A stretch of DNA of 64,000 nt from the human T2T-CHM13v2.0 reference genome, Homo sapiens. The stretch lies in assembly GCF_009914755.1 (NCBI RefSeq), contig NC_060931.1; one strand, given 5' to 3'. Position 1 is the first letter of the stretch; every line of letters starts with the position of its first letter. A program made the position numbers and the translations under genes. Below, in pieces: positions 1 to 28,739 of the stretch. The notes below the pieces were generated by a model. The model was not told where the DNA came from. It was given only the letters and a program-made list of their open reading frames with translations, and did not search any database.

Positions 1-2997
<2,997 letters not shown>

Positions 2998-3701
2998 ACT
3001 AAACCAGTACTGGCTGGGATGTGAGTCAGCCTGGAGACTCCCAGCCCCTGGAGGCCAGGGATCAGCTCTCATCAACTTCCATTTCTGCTAAGTGACTGCT
3101 CAGAGGCACAGGCAGGTGTCCTCCACAGCACTGTCTGAACAGTTCGTGGAAGCCAGGCAGGCTTCTCTTCATCGGCCCTTGCACAATGGTGCTGGTTGCT
3201 TTGGCAACAGCCAGCAGCAGCCAAGCAATTTTGAGCACAGAATCCTGGGGCTTGTGTCATACTGGGGAGACAGGGCAAAGGTTCTGGCCCATTGGCATGT
3301 GAACGCGAATGGGGAGGAAGAGGGGGAGAAAGGGCGTGGCTTCCGAGGCCCCCTCTCACCCGAACACCCTCTCATTTCCCCAGAAGCTTGCTCTGGCTCC
3401 CGCATGCAAACCCAGAAGAGCTGAAACTTTGATTGCGTAACAGAGGGGAACAAAGGATGGAGTGAAACTGGGGCGGGTATGCGGGCAGTAGGAAGGAGAA
3501 AGAAGCCATCCTGGGCTCTGAGAACCGCTGGGTGCACCAGGCCATGTCACACACACAGCAACTCATTTAATCCTCACGCAACTGCCTGGGTCCGTGTGCC
3601 CAGGACCCATCCATGGCCACACAGCTAGCCGGAAACCTGATCTGCTGTAGCTAAAGGCCATGTTTGCTTTCTCAGTTCAGGGCCGCCTCTTTGAAATGCC
3701 T

Positions 3702-12265
<8,564 letters not shown>

Positions 12266-12719
12266 CGCGCGCCCTCCGCCGTCAGGCTGGATGGAGGGAA
12301 CCCAGGGAGACGACTTGGGCCTGAAGCCTCGCCAATTTCAGGTGAGGAAACAGGGCCGTGGAGGAGACAATGTGGCGATCACAAGCAAGCGGCGGCCCGA
12401 AGGAGGAGGCTAGACCGGCGGGCGCACAGCCACAGTTCTGCAGTGATCCCCGGGAAGGTGGGCAGCCGGCCCGGTGACCTGCAGGGTCCGAGCTGTAGAA
12501 GCCGCAGCCGCTGTCTCCAGGCGACTCCGCCACCCCCGGAACCACGCACTTTCATTTCTCTGCCGGGCGACCCAGCCGAGCCGCGAGGGGGCGTGGCCGG
12601 GCCGGGCCGTACCAAGAGCGCAAATTTGCAGGGGGAAGCGCGGGGCTCCGGGAATGCACGCGCGGCTCGAGTGGGCGGGGCGGCGGCCCAATGGCCACGC
12701 CCCCACCCCCGCGGCCGGC

Positions 12720-12797
12720 GAAGGCGGTGGTAGCGCCTCAGTGGTGTGGGCCTGAGCCCTGCCCAGGTGCCCGCAGAGAGCAGCCGGGCTGCCAGCG
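12720..12797 (+). other. POR: POR exon 1 (non-coding 5'UTR)
   Basis: GAAGGCGGTGGTAGCGCC...GCTGCCAGCG is followed by the consensus donor GTGAGT at 12798. It has no ATG and lies in the CpG island just 3' of CCAAT/GC boxes. The TSS is approximate. Confidence 0.9.
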
Positions 12798-12814
12798 GTG
12801 AGTGCTATCTTTCG

Positions 12815-12887
12815 CGGCGACGGCGGGGTGGGTGAGGTCGGGCCCCAAGACTCGGGGTTTGCCGGGCGCCTCAGTTCACCGCGGCCG
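12815..12887 (+). ncRNA. MIR4651: MIR4651 hairpin (annotated mature sequence ~12824-12843)
   Basis: CGGCGACGGCGGGGTGGGTGAGGTCGGGCCCC...TTCACCGCGGCCG matches the mir-4651 precursor as recalled. The arms CGCGG..GGTGAG and CTCAGTTCACCGCGG can pair. Confidence 0.8.
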
Positions 12888-14689
12888 CCTGGCTCTCTGC
12901 GTCGGGGTGGGCCCTCGGGCCTGGGCACTGCGCGTCTGGCCCGACGCTCGGGCGGAAGGCATGGCTCCCACCCCGGCCCTCCTCCGCGTCGCCCTTCCCC
13001 TAGAGCTGATCTCCCGCGGCGGCCTGAGGGTCGACTTTTCCACAGCTTGGGCCGAGAGAGCCCGGCAGGCCCTCGGCTGAGGGTTAGGGCTCGGTATCTC
13101 AGGGCTCGGGGTCCAGTCCCCGCGCCGCCGCCCCCCACGGGCTAAGCCACTTTAACTCTCCGAGCCTCAGTTTCCCCATCTGTACGATGAATGGGCCTCG
13201 GGAGGCAGCGAATTCTGGGGGTACCTAACGTGAGAGGCGCTCGATGCATGCTCATGGGACCCGAATCTAACCCTGCAGCATCAGGTGGGCTGAGTCGATG
13301 GATCACGGGAGCCCCCCAGCCCGGCCTGCATCCCTGAGGGCAGTGCCCCTCGCAGTCAGGTGTCTCGGCGGCCCCCACAACACAGGTACCCGGATCTCCT
13401 GGGGGAGCCGGGACACCCTTAGATCGGGGGAGCAATTGGGTAAGAGTTCAAGGTCTCTTGGGCGCCAGGGGGAGGAGAGTAGAGGTTTCAGTGAGCTTGA
13501 TTGACTTCGACTTTCTGCGTATTGTTTTTCAAAACGAGTTACCCTTGTGTAAACTGGTGACCACTAATAAGGAGTTTGGGGCTGTTTCAATGAAAGTGGC
13601 TGTCTCCTCTCTTAAACCCTTAAAGCTGCAGCCTTGCCTTGCCTTGCCTCTGAGCTTGGCCAAGCTGGAGAATGATGCCAGCACAAAAGGAGACAGGACT
13701 GGACTGGGTGGCCCTGGTTTGATTCTTGGCAAGCAAGATACCTCCTGGAGCCTCCGTTTTCTGATCAGTGGGTCTGGTAGTAAGACAGCCACCCTGCTCT
13801 CCCCACAGGGTTGAGATTCTGAGGATCAAGACAGGGTCCCAGAGAGTGGCATCGAGAACTTTAATCCTCCTTGTAAGCAGAACGTTTATGGAACCCTCTG
13901 GGGGATCCAGTATCCCCACCGTTGTTCACTGCTGTAATTCCTTGGGTCTTGCTTTATGGAGAAGGCATTGATTCATTAACCATTTGCAAGTTCTACCTAC
14001 GGAAATCCCTTTTGAGTGGTTATGGGGTTGGCTTGGTCAGGAGAACAGCTCCAAAGGCCCAGTTAGTAAACCAGGGAACCCAGAAAGGTCCACTTCCTTT
14101 TTTTTGGGAGGAGGGCTGTTTTAGGAGTTCTTATTTTCCTTTTAAGAGAGTGGTTTTTGAGCTACTTATGACCTTCATGCCATCTAATGTTGGAAACTTT
14201 CGCTGAGCAGATAGCTTATTATAAAAAGTATTTGTACAACATCCGCATTTCAGAGAATGGGATGCTAGCTGCCAGTTGCGTGGTGGTGTGGAAACTTAGG
14301 AGTGATCTTAATTTTCCAAAATTCTTCAGGTCTAGCACTTGAAGAAATAATAGGTAGATTTGAAATGAAACAACCCAGGGATATTCCTGAAAACAGCAGC
14401 ATTGACCGCAGCCAATGTAAATCAGGTGTGGATCGTCCTGGGTAGTAGGAGTTTATAAATGCCACAGAGGATGTTTGCTGCCAGACATACCTGAATTTTA
14501 GGACCTGCTGTTGGTTAACTCTGGGTTGATCCACCCTTAACCCCTTGAAAATCAGAATCTGTGTTAGGTAAGTCTGTGTATGATTAGGAGACAGGCCAAT
14601 TGAAATCAAAACTGCTTGGCAAATCCAGAACATTTACTCGTGAAGTCCATGGAACATTTCAAGTTAAAAATAATTTAGCTTTTAAGTAA

Positions 14690-14868
<179 letters not shown>

Positions 14869-15418
14869 TAGAGATTTGGTTTGCCATGTTGCCCAGGCTG
14901 GTCTCGAATTCTGGGGTTCAAGTGGTCCTCCTGCTTTGACCTCCTAAAGTGCTGAGATTACAGGTGTGAGCCACCGTTCCTGGCTTTCTTATTTCTTCTT
15001 CTTTTTTTTTTTTTTTTTTCTGATGGAAGCTCTTGAAGTTATAGGACCTTTCATGGTTCCAGAGAGGCTGGCCGCCCCTACAAGAGCTTCGATGTCCTTG
15101 TGCTTTAGGGAGGAGCCAGAGAAACAGAGGTCAAGCTCTGGCACTAGCACCGTGTGTGGCCTCAATTGAGCATGTTGGGATTTAACTTTCTGTTATATGT
15201 CAGACTCACTTAAAAATTAAAGTTAGAAAAAGGTGAAATGGAGAAATGACAATTTTCTTTTCTTTTCTTTTCTTTTTTTGAGATGGAGTCTCGCTCTGTC
15301 GCCCAGGCTGGAGCGCAGTGGGCTCAGTGCAGCCTCCACCTCCCCCAGGTTCAAGCAATTTTCCTTGCTTGAATTCTGCCTCAGCCTCCTGAGTAGCTGG
15401 AATTTCGAGTACCCACCA

Positions 15419-15930
<512 letters not shown>

Positions 15931-16602
15931 AAAACCCAAAAAACAACAACTTGTTTTGCTGTGCAGTTTTGTCATCTGGCATTGGGCAGAAATTTGGACC
16001 CGCCGGGCAGGTGGGAGAAGCATCTGAGTCAGAGGTCACTTACCTGCTTGCATAGGCCGCTGACCTATACCAAGCCTTAGTTTCTTCATCACTAAAGTCA
16101 GAGAAAGAACCCACTCCACCTGCCTCTGGGACAGCTCAGAACATGTTAACCCTTTCAGCAGTGGGTCCTTCTTCATCTTCTTGGCGCTGTTTGGATCCCT
16201 GTAGCGTGACACATAAAAAAGCACACATCCGGCCTTAGGATATGTGTAGGCTCTGGTTTGGGCACTTGAGAACTCTCACAGGGAGGGAAGCAAGCATACA
16301 ATTCAACAAGAATGGCACGGTGTGTTGCATTCATTCTCAAGATGATGGGGTGAGGCTTTTATTAGTGCTGAGCCTGCTGTTTGTTTCCACAGCAGGGCTC
16401 CAGGGGAGAGGTGATGTTTGAGTTGGGTCTTGGAGGATTGCTAGGAGTTCTCTGAGCCCACCCAGGCACACCAGCTCTGGGGGGCATGTAGGGTGTAGAT
16501 TGCATGAGGCTGAGGTCGCGTGGTGGCACTTGTCTGAAATGGTCCTAGGAACCATGGGAAGAGATGGGGAGGTGTTTTAAAAGGTCAGGGCTATGTGACT
16601 AG

Positions 16603-16821
<219 letters not shown>

Positions 16822-17000
16822 TAATATCCTCTCTGGGTGAATGAACAACCATTTGGGAAATTTTTACTGTGTCTAAATTTGTAATCATACTGTTTTAGAG
16901 CTCTACATCTTAAAAGTTTTTCCTCCCCAAGCGAGATGTTTACATCAGTTGTGTTCTTGTTGGGATTAGTGTGCACACGCCTGTCTGCATCTGTGCGTGC

Positions 17001-17026
17001 GTGTGTGTGTGTGTGTGTGTGTGTGT
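17001..17026. repeat. (GT)13 microsatellite
   Basis: Perfect dinucleotide run. Confidence 0.9.
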
Positions 17027-17559
17027 ATGCATATAAGAGGGAGAGAAGATGGAGGAATTCCATGGGGGCAGACCATGGTTCTTTGCAGATTGGTGGCTCC
17101 AGTTGGTTGGGTTCACTGGAGCCACGTTCATCAGTTTGTTTCTTTCTTTCCTTTTCTCTCTCTGTATGTTTATTTATTTATTTATTATTTGTAGAAGTGG
17201 GGTCTGGCTATGTTGCCCAGGCTAGTTTCAAACTCCTGGCCTCAAGTGAGCCTCCTATCTCAGCCTCCCAAAACGCTGGGATTACAGGCATGAGCCACCG
17301 CGCCCAGCCCAGTAACTGTTACTCCTGACGCTGGTCGGTGTGGCAACTCAGTTGATGCTTGGACGTGTTGTGAACAAAGCCCCGGGGAACCTGATCCTTC
17401 TGGTGGCTTGTGCAGCAAACTGTTGATGTGGGAAGCTTATTTATTTCACTTGTTAAAGAGGTGACTTGGATAGGGGGATATCTAAGAATTGTCCTTTCAT
17501 TGGAGTGCTGGAGGGTGTGGCATTCGGATCTCCTTTGTGCAGCATCTGTACCTAGCTGA

Positions 17560-17925
<366 letters not shown>

Positions 17926-18904
17926 TGATCCACCCGCCTCAGCCTCCCAAAGTGCTAGGATTACCAGGCGTGAGCCACCATGTCCAGCTTATAAGAATTG
18001 AATTCTTTAGGAGACATTTGGTAGGAGAATAGAAGGGGGAAAGTTGCCTTTTGTCTACTTGGATGTAGTAATGAGGAGGAAGATGGGGCATTGTGGGGCG
18101 TGTCCTCTAACTTGGAACAGATGTAATTTATTTCTAGGTGAAAGTTAAGAACAGTGCTTACTCATTCTATTTATCTGCCCTCCTTTTATCTTCGGCACTT
18201 TTTCCTACAGCCCTGTTTCTGAGCTCACGTCACATCACCTCTGCGGTGGTGATGCCGGTGTTCTTAGAGCACTGTGTCCTAGTGATACTTTGATCTTCGT
18301 GGGCATGCATCATCAGTGCATTGGGTAAGCCGGGCCTGTACAAAGGTTTGCAGGTTTGGTTAGGAACACGTGAACTACGGTCACCTTTCTGAACTTTCTG
18401 AACTCATATGTAGTGACCATAGGTCACCTGGGTTGAGTTTTCAACACTGCAAACAGGGATGGCAGTTCTTGAATACACAGGAGAGTGCATTAGCCAGTGG
18501 TGCCCGGCATCATTCAGAGTGCAGTTTGGCATCAGGAATGTTCCGTCAGGTATTTGTGGTCTTGTGGAGAAAAGCCACTGTTGGTTTTGGTGAAGGGCTT
18601 CAGACCCTTTGACTGCTCATGAAACCACACAGTCTTAACATGGACACGTTGGACGCGTTCCTTACGTAACGTGATTTGCAAACTCAGGAGTCATTCAGCG
18701 TCACAGCAGTGATCAAAAGCTCCCAGCCCATCTACCCGAAACCTCCACAACAAGAGCTCTATCTGTCAGTGGCCTCACCGACTTCCTGGGCCCTGAAGCT
18801 CCAAGGACAAAAGACTCCTGTCCCTTTTCCCTTCCTCTCCATTCTGGGTCTCCCACCACCACCAAGTCCTGTAAGTTTTTAGTCTTTTTTTTTTTTTTTT
18901 TTGA

Positions 18905-19216
<312 letters not shown>

Positions 19217-20329
19217 TAGCCCCTTGTCACTTCCTGCTGCGCTGACCCGTAATTGACCCATAATTCTCCCTCTCTTCCCCTCCCTACCACGTTCCAAGAT
19301 CTGTCCATGGTACCATTGCTGGTTGATCTTGGAACCCTGCTTCGGTCACCCCTCCTTTCTCTTCGCCCAGACTGGAGTGCAGTGGCACGATTTGGCTCAC
19401 TGCAACCTCCACCTGTCAGGTTCAAGTGATTCTCCTGCCTCAGCCTCCCGAGTAGCTGGCACTACAGGCACGTGCCTCCACACCTAGCTAATTTTTGTAT
19501 TTCTAGTAGAGACAGGGTTTCACCATGTTGGCCAGGCCAGTCTCGAACTCCTGGCCTTAAGTGGTCCACCCAGCTCAGCCTCCCAAAGTGCTGGGATAAT
19601 AGGCAGGAGCCACTGTGCCCGGTCACTGTCACTGTCTTATTGCATGTTTTCTTCTTCATCTGCTTTCATAAAGGATAAACAGTGACTTAATAAAAGGTGT
19701 CTAATTCTCCCCTCCCTAGTGGCAATACGGTTGGACTAGAAGGTGAATTCAGTTGAGAACAGGGAACCTATCATTTCTGCGAGTGTAAGCTGGGGCATAG
19801 AACAATGCCAGGCATAAGGTAGGCACTTGGATGAATGGATGAATGAATAAATATGGCTTCTGTCCCCCAAGTTTACTGCTGAGCTTTCTCCTGCATATTG
19901 ACTGAGCTCAGATGTCAAAATTGGGTCTGATCTGTAGTTTTTTTTTTTTTTTTTTTTGAGACAGAGCCTGTCACTCTGTCGCCCAGGCTGGAGTGCAGTG
20001 GCGCAATCTTGGCTCACTGCAACCTCTGCCTCCTGGGTTCAAGCAATTCTCGTGCCTCAACCTCCTGAGTAGCTGGAATTATAGGTGTGTGCCATCATGC
20101 CTGGCTAATTTTTTGTAATTTTAGTACAGATGGGGTTTCACCATGTTGCCCAGCTGGTCTCGAATGCCTGACCTGAAGCAGTCTGCCCGCCTCGGCCTTC
20201 CGAAGTGCTGGGATTACAGGCGTGAGCCACTGCGCCTGGCCTGGTCTGTACTTCTGAAGATTATTCCAAAGTACAGTAGGAACTTTTGGTAGGACTTTAG
20301 TTTTCCATCCAGGTATAAAATTTTGTGTC

Positions 20330-21870
<1,541 letters not shown>

Positions 21871-24131
21871 AATTGTGTCTCAAGTTCCTTCTGTAGTTGA
21901 TAATTTATTCAGTAATCATTTTATAATTGAAGAAGAATATTCTGACTCTAAATCTTTCTAGATCAGTTACCTGGATGCTGAAGACATGAATAAATTTGTT
22001 TATTTTAAAAATCCTAGGGCCTGGCACAGTGGCTCATGCTTATAATCTTAGCACTGTGGGAGGCCGAGGTGGACGGATCACTAGAGCCCAGGAATTCAAG
22101 ACCATCCTGGGCCACATGGCAAAACACCATCTCTATTTAAAAATTAGTGTTTTTAAACATCAGTGTTTAAAAATTAGCTGGGTGTGGTGGTGTGTACCTG
22201 TCATCCCAACTACTTGGGAGGCTGAGGTGGGAGGATCACCTGAGCCCAGGGAGGTTGAGGCTGCAGTGAGCCATGATCAGACCACTGCACACCAACCTGG
22301 GTGATAGAGTGAGACCCCCATCTCAAAATATACAGTAATAAATGAAAAATAGAAAATTCCCCAAATAAATAAATAATAGAAAATTCTAATGAAAATAAAA
22401 GGAGTTGAGTGTAACCGTTGAGTGTCTGCGCTGGGTGTTTATGTCTCATGTAACCAACGTAGCACTGTGAGCATGGTCATCCCGGAGACGGACTGTGATA
22501 AATCGTGTGCCCAGGATCCCAGAGTGCATAGGTGGCATATCTAGGTTTTGAACCAAGGTCTGTTGGTCTTTTATAGCTCAACTGGGTTGTGAGTTTGTTG
22601 AATTTCACTTTCCATGCTTTCCCCAACCAAACCAAAAACCAGAGGGGGAACTGAAAGCTGAGAGCCTAGTAATTGAGAAAAGGACTCTGGGAGGTGATGG
22701 TGTCAAAAAGCAGTCCAGGGAAGCTCTTGTGGTTGAGCACACAGCTCTGCCCAGAGCTTCCTAGATGCCAAGGCAAAGAAGGATGGGGTTACATAGCAGT
22801 TATTGGAAAAAGGAAGCTGACCAGTTTCTCATTAGTATTTTTCAGCTGGGCGCGATGGCTCATGTCTGTAGTCCCAGCACTCTGGGAGGCTGAGGCAGGA
22901 GGATCACTTGTGGCCAGGAGTTTGAGACCAGCCTGGGCAAGAGAGAGAGAGAGAGACCCTGTCCCTTCAACAAGAAAATACACATTTAAAATATTAGCCA
23001 GGCATGGTGGTGTGCACCTGTAGTCCCAGCTACTCAAGAGGCTGAAGCAGGACGATCGCTTGAGCCTGAGAGTTCAAGGCTGTAGTAAGCTATGATTGCA
23101 CCACGACACTGCAGCCTGGGTGATGGAGCAAGACCCCATCTCTTAAATTTTTTTTAAAAAGTGCTTTTCCCTGGGCCTTTACACGAGGATCATTGAATAA
23201 AGCAGTGGTCAGCAGCCCATGTACTCAGCAAGTATTTGTAGAGCACCACGTATGTGCCAAGCTCTCTTCGAGGTGCTGGGACTACTTTTGTGTGTGGAAA
23301 AGACCAACAAGATGAAAGATGATGTTGGCCTAGGCCAGGGTGGAGGCACTGTTTTCAAGAACAGGAGTGTTCCCACAGGTGACCCTTTCTGGGTCCCATC
23401 TAGGTAAGAGGCTGAGAGGTTCAGGCTCGGTTGTAAATTCTGTAAGGGCAGTTCTTTGGGAGGTGTGAGCAAGAGAATGGAATCAGAGCGATTATTTTAG
23501 CAGGCAGGAGTGAAGCTTGAGAATCTGGCAGAGTGAGGAGCGATCTTGTGCCAGAGTGAGAGGCAGCCAGTCCAAAGTGAAGGTTCTGAAGCTCTTAGTA
23601 CCTCCCACGTACAGTGTCCTGCTTTTTTTTCTTTCTCTTTTCTCTCTCTTTTTTTTTTTTTTTTTTTTTAAGGCAGGACACTTGCTCTGTCACCCAGGAT
23701 CATTGCTCACTGCAGTCTCAAACTCCTTAAGCCCTTCCAAGTAGCTGGGACTACAGGCACACACCACCATGCTTGGCGAGTTTTTCTTTCTTTTTGCAGA
23801 GATGGGGTCTTGCTATGTTGCCCAGGCCGATCTCAAACTCCTGGGCTCAAACGATCCTCCTGTTGACCTCCCAAAGTGCTGGAATTACAGGCATGAGCCA
23901 CTGTACCTGGACCCCTGCTATTTTTCCTGTGATATTTGAAAAGCTTGGCTTGGTTTCTTGCCCTTTAGTAGGTGATTGCAGGCAGAGCCACGAGGTCTTA
24001 GAAAGCAGCACGGCTCTGTTCCGATACTCCTGGCTGAAGGGCCAGTGTGCTGTGCCATTGAGGGAGAAGCATTGACTCTGGTCTGGGAGATTCTGTTCAT
24101 TTAGTCATTCAGCAAACAAATATTGAGTGCT

Positions 24132-24443
<312 letters not shown>

Positions 24444-25119
24444 TCATGTTATGCAAAGTCTGATGAGCACCAGGGTTACAGAGGTGCAGGATAGCTCCAC
24501 CCAGACACGAGACCAATCCTGTGTCCTTCTGCAGGGATTATTTCATCTTGGGTAATGCTGTCATCTGATGATGTGGCCAGGATGTCAGCTGCAAAATGAA
24601 CCCCAGGTCATTCAGTGAGGCTGCGTCTACCTGTAACTTTGCCATGTCCTAAAAAGGTCTTGAAGGGCAGACAGATGGTTGATAGAATAGCTCTGGAGAC
24701 AGTTGGTCTGGGTTTGAATCCTGGTTCCACCATTTATCGATTCCCTGATGTTGGACAAGGTCCTTTAACCTTTGTGATAATTACAGCTCCTGTATGTCAG
24801 AGCAGTGTTAAAACACTGTTCATTAGTTAAAAACAAATCAGGGCCGGGCTTGGTGGCTCACACCTGTAATCCCAGCACTTTGGGAGATTGAGGTGGGCTA
24901 ATGGCTTGAGCCCAGGAGTTTGAGACCAACCTGGGCAACATGGCGAAACCCCGTATCTTAACAAAAAATTAATGGGGCTTGGTGGTGGGTGCCTGTAGTC
25001 CCAGCAACGCAGGAGGCTGGGCTGTCATCACGCCACTGTACAGCAGCCTGGCTGACAGAGTGAGACCCTGTCTCAAAAAAACAACAACAACAAAAAAAAC
25101 CCCAAAAAACAAAAACCAG

Positions 25120-25412
<293 letters not shown>

Positions 25413-26039
25413 TGAGTAGCTGGGATTACAGGTGCCCACCACCACGCCCAGCTAATTTTTGTATTTTTAGTAGAGACGGGGTTTCACCATGTTGGCTAGA
25501 CTGGTCTCGAACTCCTGACCTCAAGTGATCTTGCCCTCCTCGGCCTGAGGCATGAGCCACTGCTCCCAGTCTCTATCTCAGGTTTCTTTTTTTTTTTTTT
25601 TTTTTTTGAGACGGAGTCTTGCTGTGTTGCCCAGGCTGGAGTACAGTGGAACAATCTTCACTTACCACAACCTCCACCTCCTGGGTTCAAGTGATTCTCC
25701 TGCCTCAGCCTCCCAAGTAGCTGGGATTACAGGCACACACTGCCATACCAGCTAATTTTTGTATTTTTAGTAGAGATAGGGTTTCACTATGTTGGCCAGG
25801 CTGGTCTCGAACTCCTGACCTTGTGATCCACCCGCCTCGGCCTCTCAAAGTACTGGGATTACAGGTGTGAGCCACCACACCCGGCTTCTATCTCAGTTTT
25901 TAAAAATCAGGTTTATAGGTCATGAGTTCTTGAGCAACTAGACTCCCACCAGTTGTGCCTCCAGTTCCCTGTCATCTTGAGCTAGTCGTGGACACCTGCA
26001 GCAGACGTATGTTCACTGCGTGTTTCTGGGCTCCCACAC

Positions 26040-26350
26040 ATTTCTAAGCCCTCTTGAAGTTAACTTCGGGTAATGGCCTGTGAGAGGAAGTCACGTATGT
26101 CACTTCTGGATGGAAGCATTTAAGAGCCAGGGCCAGGCCCTCCAGCAATCTTCTTCCCATCAGGACGGCCCGGAAGTTGAACATTGAGATGGTGGAATGA
26201 CAAGAGAAAAAGCTGCTTGAACCACTGAGTCACCTTATGGAGGCCAAGGGCCTAGCGGAGTCACCCTGCCCACACTAGACGTTGCTTAGAGTTCAGCTTG
26301 AAGCCATGTGATGTGGGTCACTGCCCAGGAGGACTTTTTTCTAGTGCTGT
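26040..26350 (+). mobile_element. Ancient MLT1-type LTR fragment
   Basis: gaagtcacgtatgtcacttctggatggaagcatttaagagccag...ctgagtcaccttatggagg resembles MLT1I/J LTRs. Confidence 0.55.
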
Positions 26351-26901
26351 GGCCTGGAGGACTTTCCCTCTAGCCTCTCATGCAGGTGTACTGTGTGATG
26401 TGGTGGGTCTCTTTTCTAACAGGAAGCCCCAGTGGGTGCAGCAGAGCTGTGGCTCTCCCAACTCAAGCACATCTCCACAGCTAGCTGCCGGCAAGTACGC
26501 AGCTCTCTTGGTGGTGTCTGAGAAATGGAGCATTAAGCCCTCAGTCTAAAGGAGCATCTTGGGTAACCTAGTGTACCTGTCTCGAGCAGCAGGCATAGTA
26601 CAATGTCAGGCCAGCACCAAAGGATTTTGTCTTCCTTGTAAGACAACATGGGGCAATAGAAAGCTCTGTATGGGCAATCTTGTAAATGGTATAATAATTA
26701 TGATGCTTTTATAGACACCGCATGACCGTCCTTAGTCACCATAGCGATGGGATCTAATTATTACTGACTTGTTCATGTTGTGGGTTTTTAGTAACCCTAC
26801 TGCCCACATTCTAGAATTTAAACACATGCTGTGAATATCCAAGCACAGGTCACAGAGATGACCTAGAGTTGGTGCTCAGTACACTTTTTTTGTTTTTTTG
26901 A

Positions 26902-27009
<108 letters not shown>

Positions 27010-27064
27010 TAGCTGGGATTACAGAGCATGCACCACCATGCCCAGCTACTTTTTGTATTTTTAG

Positions 27065-27250
<186 letters not shown>

Positions 27251-27936
27251 TGACCAATACGGTGCCCTCTGAGGCCTCAGCCCAGGGGCCATCTGGCTTG
27301 TCTGTCTCATTAGTACCATTGTTCCCTGTCAGCTTGTGGAAGAGCTGATTTGAAACCACCTGTTGGACCGAAGGAAGCCACTGACCAATACCTGTTCTGT
27401 GGGTGAAGCTGTCGCCCAGAGCACCCCCTGTGACTCCGTGGTCCTCTATGCACTAGTAGAAACTCTGTTTTTGCTGAATGGCACAGCCCACTACTAGCTG
27501 AATGTGGGGTGACAGTAGCCAGCATGAGAACCATCAAGACCATTATGGGCCAGGAGTTGGGTCACCCCTTCCTTGTCTAGGGTTGCAACAAGAAGTGACA
27601 GAGAGGGTCCCACAAGGTCTTTAAATCTCCCTCTGTAAGTTGTGGGAATTTCAGTAACTTGCTTGGTCCTTAGGGCTTTGAATCTGAGTCTGTAAAATGG
27701 GTGAAATAATATTTCTCTAAACAGGTTTATCATATGAATCAAAAGAAATTGTAGAAGGTGCCTAGCCAGGGTGCTTGGCACGTAGTAGGTGTTGAGTGAA
27801 CGTTGGTTGCATTGCTTGGCTCCTCCTTAGTGAGCCTGTAGTAAACACAGTGCTGTGTAGACTAGGCAGGCCTTTCTCTCTTCTGCAATTCTGAGTGCTT
27901 TTTCTTAAGAACCAAGGGGTACTAACCCTTGTTTTA

Positions 27937-28318
<382 letters not shown>

Positions 28319-28739
28319 TAGTAAAGACAGGGTTTCTCCATGTTGGTTAGGCTGGTCTCCAACTCCTGACCTCAGGTGATCCGCCCACCTCGACCTCCCA
28401 GAGTGCTGGGATTACAGGCATGAGCCACCTTGCCCGGCCCTTATGTATTTATTTTTTAAAGACAGGGTCTTGCTCTGTCACCCAGGCTGGAGTGCAGTGT
28501 TGGGATCATATCTCACTGTAACCCCCAATTCCTGGGCTCAAGTGATCCTCTAACCTCAGCCTCCTGAGTAGCGGGGACTACAGGTGTGCACCACCACACC
28601 TCACTAATTTTTTAATTTTCTGTAGAGATGGCGTTTCACTATGTTACCCAGGCTGGTCTCAAACTCCTGGCCTCAATCCATCCTCCCGCCTCAGCCTCTC
28701 AATGTGCTGGGATTACAGGCATGAGCCACTGTGCCTGTC

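Noticed and set aside
12410-13145. 242-aa antisense and other ORFs over the promoter
   Set aside because: Stop-poor GC-rich CpG island; G/P/R/A-rich with no recognisable domain.
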